Counted from the first letter of the stretch, positions 48,831 to 57,458 are shown. The stretch: 64,000 nt of DNA from Lachnospiraceae bacterium (GCA_017399685.1 JAFQBM010000035.1:2174-66173); one strand, 5' to 3'. The notes: generated by a model from the letters alone, not told the origin. Translations and numbers: made by a program.

Positions 48831-51216
48831 TTTGCTTTTGGATGCGATAAACAATTATAATGATGAAGATATGAGCAGTAAAAATAAATTGCGTGATTTA
48901 GTATGTATAATTTCTGAAAACGATAATATAAAAAACGATCCGCTTATTAGGGAATTATTATATACTGCTTCTCATAAGATGCGCATTTTTGGTTATAATG
49001 TGCAGAACGGTTTTTATAAGCAGGATATTCTAATTGAACAAAATTCATCCGAATTAATGTATCTTCGCAATCAAAGTATTATTAGCAGGTATCGGTCTAA
49101 AGTAAGAAGTAATAATATACTTGATAAAAGTCAACAAAATATTATTGATTTTTATCAATCTTTGGATAAAAAGCGAATGCTGGTTAGCGCACCGACTTCA
49201 TATGGAAAAACTTTTATTATGCGTGAGATATTATATTTGAATCAAGAAAGATATAATAATGTATTACTTGTGTTTCCGACAGTAGCATTATTACGAGAAA
49301 ATGCATTGAATATGGAAGAATTAAACCGTGAAAAGAAAATGGGATATAATGTTATCAAATCCATTGATGGCGAAATAAATAGTCAAGAAAGAAATATTTT
49401 CGTATTTACGCCTGAAAGAGCAATGCAGCTATTAGCAAACTACCCGGATATTAAGATAGATTTCTTTTTTTATGATGAAATGTATAAAATTGACGAAGAT
49501 TACTGTAATGAAGAGACAGATGATAATGAGGAGCAAACAAGGAAAAATCCTTATACAGAACATACATTTTTAGACGAGGCGAGGGCAAAAACATTTCGCA
49601 TTTGTTTATACATTCTTTCGAAAAGGGTAGAAGATTATTATTTGGCTGGACCTAATTTAAAAAGAGATAAATTCGGAAAGGGAATGCAGAGATATATTGC
49701 AACAAATGACATAAAAATTAAAGAAATTGAATTTGAGCCTACAAAACGAATACAAGTAAAAGCATATAATAAGACAATTGATGAAGATTATACAGATTTG
49801 CCTTATTTAGAAAAACCAGAGTTGGCTAGTATGCACAGTAAAGTCAATGATAGAATTTGTGATGTGGTTGAGTATATTGAAAAAAAAGGATACGGAGCGA
49901 CAATGCTATATTGCACAACTCCTGCAAAAGCAAATGAATACGCAACTAAGTTGGCACAAAGACATCGGGAGAATGTAGTAACAAACAAAAGATTTTCCTT
50001 GTTTATTGAACATCTCAAAAGAAATTATAATATAGACGATTCTATTAATGAATGGAGTTTTGTGAATGTATTGGAGAAAGGTTTTGGAATGCATCATGGA
50101 AAAATGCCAAAATATATTCAAAAAGAGGTATTGGATTTGTTTAATGATGGTGTATTTAATTTGCTTTTTTGTACGTCAACAATTGTTGAGGGGGTTAACA
50201 CTAATGCAAAGAATATGGTTGTATTAAATCATAAAAAAGGTGGAAGTGATTTAACGGTTTTTGATTTTAAAAATATTATCGGAAGGGCTGGAAGATATTA
50301 TCATAATTTTGTTGGAAGATATTTTTTAGTTGATAAGGAATTGAAAAAATTTGAGCATACTGAAGATTTGGAACTTAATTTTATTACTTATGATGAACAA
50401 ATTTTAGATCCTATAGATATAGATAATTCTGAATATGATGATTTGACGTATGAGAATAAGAAACTTAAACAAAAGAGATTAGAGGAACAACGAGAATATA
50501 TATTAAAAGATGAAGTGTATGAAAAAAATAGACTGATTAAAAAAGAGTATCAGGAAATACTTTTAAAATTTTTGATAAATAATGATGAACTTTACAATAA
50601 GTTTTATAATTATACTACTTTCCCGGACATATTGGCACAGTTTACTACTTACCATGCTATGAGTACTGTACTTGACATATTTGAACAGTCAGGTCTGCTT
50701 GAGAAGATGATTGTTTCCAGATACAAGGCTATCAGTAATACATATTGTAGTGAGGGTTTTCGAGGTCTGTTGAAATATGAAATTGATAATGCCTGGAAAG
50801 AAAAATATGATAAGTATGGAAATAAAGTGAAAAAGAGCATAGATAGGGCATACATGGATGCATTTAAAACACAAAAGGAAATTATCGAACATAAGATACC
50901 CAAAATGTTGGCACTATTTGAAACTATTTTTTTATATGCGTCTTCAGTTAAAGGGAGAAAAATAAGTAAATTTTCGCTGTCAAAAGTTACACGTTTTTAT
51001 GAAACTGGTGTAAAAAGTTATTTTGGAGAGCAACTGGTTGAATTTGGATTTCCAGTTGATGCAATTAAAAGGATAGAAGATAGTAATGTGAAATTAGTGT
51101 CTATGGATGCGGATTCAAGTAAGAAGTATATACAGGAAAATTTGAATGATATTAGTAAGGTATTGGATATGTATGAAAAGGAATTATTAAATAGGGCTTT
51201 AAAATCTATTTTTTAG
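48814..51216 (+). CDS. SF2 (Ski2-like) DEAD/DEAH-box helicase, HamB-like
   Basis: Motif I APTSYGKT (GKT at 49204-49212), motif II YDEM (49471-49482), MHHGKM, TSTIVEGVN and GRAGR. The ORF is open from 48778; 48802 and 48814 are the possible ATG starts. Confidence 0.75.
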   Translation: MKDYVNLLLDAINNYNDEDMSSKNKLRDLVCIISENDNIKNDPLIRELLYTASHKMRIFGYNVQNGFYKQDILIEQNSSELMYLRNQSIISRYRSKVRSNNILDKSQQNIIDFYQSLDKKRMLVSAPTSYGKTFIMREILYLNQERYNNVLLVFPTVALLRENALNMEELNREKKMGYNVIKSIDGEINSQERNIFVFTPERAMQLLANYPDIKIDFFFYDEMYKIDEDYCNEETDDNEEQTRKNPYTEHTFLDEARAKTFRICLYILSKRVEDYYLAGPNLKRDKFGKGMQRYIATNDIKIKEIEFEPTKRIQVKAYNKTIDEDYTDLPYLEKPELASMHSKVNDRICDVVEYIEKKGYGATMLYCTTPAKANEYATKLAQRHRENVVTNKRFSLFIEHLKRNYNIDDSINEWSFVNVLEKGFGMHHGKMPKYIQKEVLDLFNDGVFNLLFCTSTIVEGVNTNAKNMVVLNHKKGGSDLTVFDFKNIIGRAGRYYHNFVGRYFLVDKELKKFEHTEDLELNFITYDEQILDPIDIDNSEYDDLTYENKKLKQKRLEEQREYILKDEVYEKNRLIKKEYQEILLKFLINNDELYNKFYNYTTFPDILAQFTTYHAMSTVLDIFEQSGLLEKMIVSRYKAISNTYCSEGFRGLLKYEIDNAWKEKYDKYGNKVKKSIDRAYMDAFKTQKEIIEHKIPKMLALFETIFLYASSVKGRKISKFSLSKVTRFYETGVKSYFGEQLVEFGFPVDAIKRIEDSNVKLVSMDADSSKKYIQENLNDISKVLDMYEKELLNRALKSIF

Positions 51217-51397
51217 CTGCTTCATATCAAAAAATATATGGTTACACATTTATGATAGTTAAGGTAGGGGCATTGTTACAATGCGTGCACTGTGTGTGAA
51301 CAATTTAAATATTTAAGCTATAAAAGAAAGTTGAAAACAGAAGAATATCTGAAGAAAATTTGAGTTATCTTCAAGGGTTTTAGAAAGAGAGGTACTT

Positions 51398-53623
51398 ATG
51401 GAAGAGTTAAAGATGAAATTAGAAAACTGTTTTGGTATTCAAAATATGCAACAAGATATTAATTTTTCAAAAAATAATGTAGGGGTAATATATGCACCGA
51501 ATGGAACAATGAAATCGTCGTTAGCTAAAACATTTGAATACATTAGAGCTGGCAAGGTGGTTGAAGAAAAAATATTTGGTGCTAATAGTTCTTATTCTAT
51601 TACGGATGAAAATGGTAAAGATATTTTACCGGAAAATATAATGGTCATTAATCCGTTTGACGAAAAGACATATGAAAATCAGGGGATGTTAATGGCAAAT
51701 GCAGAATTAAGAAAGAAATATTTATTAATTCATAAAGATATTGATGACAAGAAGGAAGCCTTATATGAGGAGTTGAAGTCACTATTGGGTTATTCGTCAA
51801 GAAGTTCTTTTAATGTTGAGAGTACAATGTTATTAGATTGGAAAAGTACTAAAAAAGAATTGTTTTTATGTTTGGAGAATATATCCAATGTGCTTCATGA
51901 TTCAGATATGAACTGTTGTTTGAAAGTGGATGAAATAGATTATAATACTTTATTCAATGATAAAGTATATTCTATGATTACTACTGGAAAAACGTCAGAG
52001 TTGATTGAAGAATATGAAAAGAAATATAACGAGCTAGTTGAAAAGTCTTTATATATGCAGAAGGGGATTATTGATCATAATAATTACACGAATATTAGTG
52101 ATTCATTGAATAATAATGGATTCTTTGGAGCAAATAACGAGATAAAGTTGAATGCAAAGGATGGAAGCACATCAATAATGATTAAATCACAAGTAGAATT
52201 AAATGATTTAATTAAGAATGAAAAAGAACAGGTTCTCAATACAAAAGAATTAAAAGAATTGTTTGAAAAAATAAATAAAGCAATTAGTAAAAATAAAGAT
52301 ACACAAGCATTTAATGCGTTTTTACAGCAGCATCCTGACATAGTATCTGAATACAAAGATATAGAAAAATTCAAGAAAAAGATATGGGTAAAGGTTTTTT
52401 TGGCTTCTGAAACAAAATTATCAGAACTATTAGCTGATTATAAAAAAGCTCAAGATGAACTTAAAGTATTGAGGAACAAAGCTAAGCAAGAAACGACAGA
52501 TTGGAATAAGGCATTGGATCTGTTTAAGGAAAGATTTTTTGTACCATTTACTATAGAAACCGCAAATCAGGAAGATGTTATTCTTAATATGGATATGCCA
52601 AGTTTTAAATATATATTTTCTGATGAGAGGGGAATTAAGGAAGTTGCAAAAGAAAATTTACTGGAAGTATTGAGTACTGGGGAGAAAAGGGCATATTATA
52701 TCCTGAATTTAATATTTCAGATTTTGGTAGCAAAAAATGAGGGGAAAGAAAAAATAGTGATTTTGGATGATATATCAGAGTCATTTGATTATAAAAATAA
52801 GCACGCAATTATTGAGTACATAAGTGATATATCAGGATTTGTTGATGCACAAGGGAATAAGCTATTTAAAGTACTATTGCTGACACATAACTTTGATTTT
52901 TATAGGACAGTTGCGTTGAGAATAACAACACGGGCAAATGCTTATATAGCTTTTACGGATAAAGGCGAGGTGAAGTTTGAAAAAGGTCAGTACACAAAAA
53001 ATATTTTTGGGCATTATAAAGAACTTCTTATTAAGGGAAATTGTGATAATATTATAATTGCAGCGATTCCGTTTGTTAGAAACTTAATAGAATACACGGA
53101 AGGTGATAGTGATGCAGATTATTTGCGTTTAACAAGTATATTACACTATAAAACAGACACAAAGACAATCACATTAAAAGATGTTCAAGACATATTTAAC
53201 AGGCATTGGTGTAAGAATGGAAATTTTAGTTTTGCAGTGGGGCGAGAAACTGAATTGATATATGATATCATTATGGCTGAAGCGAATAAAATCACAAATA
53301 TAGAAAAATTAGAGATAGAAAGCAAACTGATTTTGTCAATGGCAATAAGATTAAAATCTGATGAATTTATGACACAGCAGATTTTGACAAAATTACCAAA
53401 TGGTTTAGATGTTATCAATGATATATATAGTAAGAAGAATCAAAGTGCGTGGTTGATTAAGGAATATAAGAAAAATATAAACGATGACGTGATGGGAACA
53501 TTGGAACAGGTTGCTATGCTTACCCCTGAAAATATACACTTAAATTCTTTTATGTTTGAACCTATTTTAGATATGTCCTTGGTACATTTATATGATTTAT
53601 ATCAGAAGGTAAAAGCATTTTAG
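51398..53623 (+). CDS. ABC/Rad50-like ATPase with a helical insert and a PrrC/RloC-like C-terminal domain
   Basis: Walker-A-like APNGTMKS (51494-51517), signature LSTGEK, Walker B IVILDD, H-loop LLTHN, then a C-terminal R561-x3-E565...H583 motif. Confidence 0.5.
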   Translation: MEELKMKLENCFGIQNMQQDINFSKNNVGVIYAPNGTMKSSLAKTFEYIRAGKVVEEKIFGANSSYSITDENGKDILPENIMVINPFDEKTYENQGMLMANAELRKKYLLIHKDIDDKKEALYEELKSLLGYSSRSSFNVESTMLLDWKSTKKELFLCLENISNVLHDSDMNCCLKVDEIDYNTLFNDKVYSMITTGKTSELIEEYEKKYNELVEKSLYMQKGIIDHNNYTNISDSLNNNGFFGANNEIKLNAKDGSTSIMIKSQVELNDLIKNEKEQVLNTKELKELFEKINKAISKNKDTQAFNAFLQQHPDIVSEYKDIEKFKKKIWVKVFLASETKLSELLADYKKAQDELKVLRNKAKQETTDWNKALDLFKERFFVPFTIETANQEDVILNMDMPSFKYIFSDERGIKEVAKENLLEVLSTGEKRAYYILNLIFQILVAKNEGKEKIVILDDISESFDYKNKHAIIEYISDISGFVDAQGNKLFKVLLLTHNFDFYRTVALRITTRANAYIAFTDKGEVKFEKGQYTKNIFGHYKELLIKGNCDNIIIAAIPFVRNLIEYTEGDSDADYLRLTSILHYKTDTKTITLKDVQDIFNRHWCKNGNFSFAVGRETELIYDIIMAEANKITNIEKLEIESKLILSMAIRLKSDEFMTQQILTKLPNGLDVINDIYSKKNQSAWLIKEYKKNINDDVMGTLEQVAMLTPENIHLNSFMFEPILDMSLVHLYDLYQKVKAF

Positions 53624-53832
53624 AAAAAGAAGTTATGTTTTAAAAATTTGCTGATTGATTTAATTACCTGTTATGCTATAATATTCTCATGGCAACACTT
53701 TGGCAACAGAAAATCAGTAAGCCAAAATAAATTATGCAAATGAAGTAAAATCTCGGCAGTTTTCAGATAAAACCTAAACAAAAAGATTTAAGTTTGAGCA
53801 ACAACTTGCCGAGTTTGAATAGTAGACATTTT

Positions 53833-53877
53833 GTTCCGAAATACTGAATTTATCGGTGTTTCGGAACTTTTTATTTT
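53833..53877 (+). terminator. Rho-independent terminator with no gene directly upstream (candidate displaced guaA terminator)
   Basis: GTTCCGAAA-17 nt-TTTCGGAAC followed by TTTTTATTTT. Confidence 0.6.
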
Positions 53878-54092
53878 CTCCGTGATGTTAATATGATGTT
53901 GCCAGAAGAAAGTGTTTACTTTTCCTACCCAAAATCGAGGCTAACTTGTAAAAGTAAATTCCGTATGAAAGAGTAAATTTCATCTGCGTATAAAAATTGC
54001 GAACGTAAAGTTCATATTGAGAAAAACGGTGATGTGTAATACAATGAGATATATTAGGGTTATTATGCTTATTTCTAGAAGGGGGATTAAAT

Positions 54093-54701
54093 ATGAGTAG
54101 ACGATTTTCATTACAAATTCTACTTCCTATAGAAGGCTATGAGGAAGATAAGATATACACATGCGAAGACATTGAGCTTAAAGTGGTGAATTCTAATCTG
54201 AAGCCGGATAATATATATTATAGACGTTTAAAGGAAAAATCTGTTTATACATCTTTTGATGATATTGCTGCATTTGCTTGCCAAAAATATTCGCTAGGAG
54301 AAATACATAACTTTTCTATGCATACCGATTATTTTGGTGCTCGCGAGATTGAATATGCAGGCAATAGATACATTGTTACAGAAGATGAAGTAAAACAGCT
54401 TGAAAGAGAACATATTACAGAATCTGTATATTGTAATGAATTCAAATACTGTAGTTTGAGTTGGTTTTATACCAGTATTGGGGACGAGCTTCTTCCGGAA
54501 GATATGGCTGTCGTGGATGATGAGCTGATACAAAAAGCTTCATCTTTAGTGGGATATGAGTCAGAGAAAGATTTTGCGAGCAAGTTGGCTGATGTTATAG
54601 AGGAGGAAGCCGATTGGGAAGACAAGTTTATAGCATCGCTCATATTGGCAAAGGAAATTGCTGGACGTGTGAATGGAAGAGCGGTTTTGTGGTATGACTG
54701 A
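54093..54701 (+). CDS. hypothetical protein
   Basis: 202-aa ORF with GGGGGA upstream. I recognise no family. Confidence 0.4.
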   Translation: MSRRFSLQILLPIEGYEEDKIYTCEDIELKVVNSNLKPDNIYYRRLKEKSVYTSFDDIAAFACQKYSLGEIHNFSMHTDYFGAREIEYAGNRYIVTEDEVKQLEREHITESVYCNEFKYCSLSWFYTSIGDELLPEDMAVVDDELIQKASSLVGYESEKDFASKLADVIEEEADWEDKFIASLILAKEIAGRVNGRAVLWYD

Positions 54702-54722
54702 TAAAAGAAAGTTGGTGAATAT

Positions 54723-56111
54723 ATGAAGGAAAAAGAGCATCAATCTATAGAGTGGAAAGAGTCTTGGCAGGATGAGTATTTAAAATGGATTTGTGGATAT
54801 GCTAATGCTTACGGTGGAACATTATATATAGGTACTGATGACGATGGTAATGTGGTGAGGATTGACAATGCAAGAGAGCTTTTGGAACGAATCCCTAATA
54901 AAATTACTGATATGATGGGTATCATCGCGGATGTAAATTTATTGTATAAAGACGACCTTGAGTATTTGCAGATAGTTGTTGATAAATATCCGTCTTTAAT
55001 AAGTTTCCGTGGAAAATATTACTATCGTTCAGGAAGTACCATGCGTGAGATTACCGGAAAGGAATTGGAAAGAGCTTTGTTAAAGACGCAGGGAAGAACG
55101 TGGGATGGCGTACCATTGCCTAAAATATCAGTGGATGATTTAAAACAGGATGCAATACAACTGTTTAAGGAGAAGGCTGTAAAGAGAGGTAGACTTACGC
55201 AAGAGGAAGCTGGCGTTGAAGATTCTATTTTGATGGACAACCTGCATCTTATTGATGAAGAGGGATATTTGATAAGGGCAGCCATGTTGGCTTTTTATAA
55301 AGATCCTGAAAAGTGGGTAACCGGTTCCTATATTAAAATCGGTTACTTTGGCAAGTCTGATGCAGATTTGGTATATCAGGATGAAGTGCATGGTCCGTTG
55401 ATTGAGCAGGTAGATAAGACAGTTGATTTAGTATATACAAAATATATGAAAGCGCTAATTGCTTATGAGGGAATTCAGAGAGTGGAGCAGTTTATGTTCC
55501 ATAAGGATGCTTTTCGTGAAATTCTTTTGAACGCAATTGTTCATAAGGATTATAGTAGTTGTAATCCTATTCAGATCAGCGTTTATGAGGATAAGATATA
55601 CATTTGGAACGACGGTGAAATGCCACCTAACCTGGATTCTACGGACAAGCTGTTTATGAAGCATTCGTCTAAGCCATATAATCCGAAATTGGCAAATGTA
55701 TTCTTAAAAAGCGGTATGATTGAAGCCTGGGGAAGAGGTTTTGAAAAGATTAAAGAAGCATGTGGATTGTACGATGGTCCGTTGCCGGAATATGAGATAA
55801 ATGAGTCTGGTATTATGGTGTTGTGTAAGGCTTGTGATAGATATTTGGAGTTGCTGTCAGGGCAAGAAAAAGTCGATTCGCTCATTTCAGATGAGCGAAT
55901 TATGAGCGAAAAAATGAGCGAATTAAAGAAAGAACCAATTGTTAAAATAGTAAATTACTTAAAAGATAATGAAGAAATTACTACAGCAAAAGGTGTTGAA
56001 ATCACAGGGAAATCAGTAGCTCAGGTGAGAAGATATTTAAAAACATTATGTGATTTAGGAATCATAAAGAGTACACGCACTACTAAGGGTAATGTGTATG
56101 TGAAGGTATAA
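54723..56111 (+). CDS. AlbA_2 (Schlafen-like) / HATPase_c_4-type putative DNA-binding protein
   Basis: N-terminal IEWKESW...GGTLYIGTDDDGNV, a central ILLNAIVHKDY region and a C-terminal winged-helix-like tail. Confidence 0.6.
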   Translation: MKEKEHQSIEWKESWQDEYLKWICGYANAYGGTLYIGTDDDGNVVRIDNARELLERIPNKITDMMGIIADVNLLYKDDLEYLQIVVDKYPSLISFRGKYYYRSGSTMREITGKELERALLKTQGRTWDGVPLPKISVDDLKQDAIQLFKEKAVKRGRLTQEEAGVEDSILMDNLHLIDEEGYLIRAAMLAFYKDPEKWVTGSYIKIGYFGKSDADLVYQDEVHGPLIEQVDKTVDLVYTKYMKALIAYEGIQRVEQFMFHKDAFREILLNAIVHKDYSSCNPIQISVYEDKIYIWNDGEMPPNLDSTDKLFMKHSSKPYNPKLANVFLKSGMIEAWGRGFEKIKEACGLYDGPLPEYEINESGIMVLCKACDRYLELLSGQEKVDSLISDERIMSEKMSELKKEPIVKIVNYLKDNEEITTAKGVEITGKSVAQVRRYLKTLCDLGIIKSTRTTKGNVYVKV

Positions 56112-56147
56112 ATAATTCGCTCATGAAAATGAGCGAATTATGATTGA

Positions 56148-56528
56148 ATAGTATTTATTCCAAAGTACAGAAAGAAAAAAGTATATGGTCAGGTAAAGGA
56201 GGATGTACGAGAAATTATCAGTACATTATGTAAATGCAAAGATGTAGAAATAATAGCAGGTGCAGCATGTGTAGACCATGTACATCTTAGTGTTGCAATA
56301 CCACCCAAAATGAGTGTTTCGAGTTTTATGGGGTATTTGAAAGGTAAAAGTACACTTATGATATATGATAGGCATCCGGAGTTACAAAGCAAGTGGAATA
56401 AAGCATTTTGGGCGAGAGGATATTATGTAGAAACAATATGTAATATAACAGAAGAAGCAGTTAAAAAGTATATTAAAGAGCAGGCAGAAGAGTCACAGAA
56501 AGAAGATACAAGAGGTACCGCTTTTTAG
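56148..56528 (+). pseudogene. tnpA: IS200/IS605-family Y1 transposase (tnpA), 5'-truncated
   Basis: My own translation from 56148 is IVFIPKYRKKKVYGQ...VDHVHLSVAIPPK...GYLKGKS...FWARGYYV. A stop lies at 56145-56147 and there is no in-frame start for the missing N-terminus. Three hairpins follow at 56555-56625. Confidence 0.7.
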
Positions 56529-56696
56529 CGGACCAGTGATAGTGCTTGCGATATCGCCCTTTTGGGCGAGCAGTAAGAAAGCCCTTTTTAGGGCTAATAA
56601 CAAACCACCAGTTGAACTGGTGGTTGCTGACTTGAAAAGATAGATATAAAGAAAAGTGCTGAGCTTTGGTGGGATAAACATTACAAGAGCACTATA

Positions 56697-56924
56697 ATGG
56701 CTATATTGTTAAAGAAACGTACCAAGAATAAATACGCCGGGGATAAATGTTTTAATTTTACAGAGCCATATATTAGGTTGTATGTAGGCAAGGATGAAAT
56801 CATCTTTAAAAAGAAATTTCCAGACGAAGTGGATACAAGCGATGCATGTGAATTTAGAATGTGGTGGGATGATATCAATAAAGGCTTTAATCAGCTGGGA
56901 TATTGGCTATTTGATGAAGGGTAA
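56697..56924 (+). CDS. hypothetical small protein
   Basis: 75-aa ORF, first of three same-strand small ORFs. Confidence 0.35.
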   Translation: MAILLKKRTKNKYAGDKCFNFTEPYIRLYVGKDEIIFKKKFPDEVDTSDACEFRMWWDDINKGFNQLGYWLFDEG

Positions 56925-56951
56925 ATTAATTTTGTATAGGAGCAAATTATT

Positions 56952-57458
56952 GTGAGTGATTGGAAGAATACAGAATGGCGCAAGAGTCTGAAAAATAAGC
57001 CTTTAAAATATTGGATTCGTGATGAAATAGAGGAAATAATTAAAGAGGAGCATATAGATAGAAAAAGATTTGGAGAATATTCCAAGCTTAAGTATGAAGA
57101 GGTAGTCAAACGTTTTTACTATACCTATATGAATTATGAGAAGTATCCACAAATTGAATTGGCATATTGTTGGTTACATTTTCGAGATTCCTTGTATAAG
57201 GGCGACAATATTTGTGTAGGTGGAGATTGGAAATATTTTTTGCATCAGTTAGGAGAATTAATCGAAGAAAAAGAAGATACAAAGCTTTATATGATTTTAT
57301 CACAAGGCTGGGTGTATGAAGGATTTATAAAAGAAATATTGGATGTGTTAGGAGAAACAGACGGTTTATTAGAAGACTTTTATATTGTTTCACCGGAGTT
57401 TGACTGGATGATTGCTTACTGTGATGATGGAGAAAGTGTAGCTCTGTATAGAATATAG
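56952..57458 (+). CDS. hypothetical cytoplasmic protein
   Basis: 168 aa. GTG start with TAGGAGC upstream. No TM segment or signal peptide. Confidence 0.4.
   Translation: MSDWKNTEWRKSLKNKPLKYWIRDEIEEIIKEEHIDRKRFGEYSKLKYEEVVKRFYYTYMNYEKYPQIELAYCWLHFRDSLYKGDNICVGGDWKYFLHQLGELIEEKEDTKLYMILSQGWVYEGFIKEILDVLGETDGLLEDFYIVSPEFDWMIAYCDDGESVALYRI

Larger units (their letters stand above)
39150..53823. mobile_element. Integrated genomic island (integrative, possibly mobilisable element) at the guaA 3' flank, with defence cargo
   Basis: A repressor/Xis/tyrosine-integrase module sits at the left end. Imperfect direct repeats occur at 39150-39255 versus 53690-53810. An orphan terminator lies at 53833-53877. 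Composition changes inside the element. Confidence 0.65.

Noticed and set aside
53775-53822. Possible displaced guaA 3' end at the right junction. The reading frame ends ...LAEFE-stop, similar to the guaA ending ...TIEFE-stop.
   Set aside because: The in-frame translation upstream (TKRFKFEQQLAEFE) is not GuaA-like, and a stop lies only 15 codons upstream. The similarity lies in the intergenic att-like sequence, not in coding sequence.
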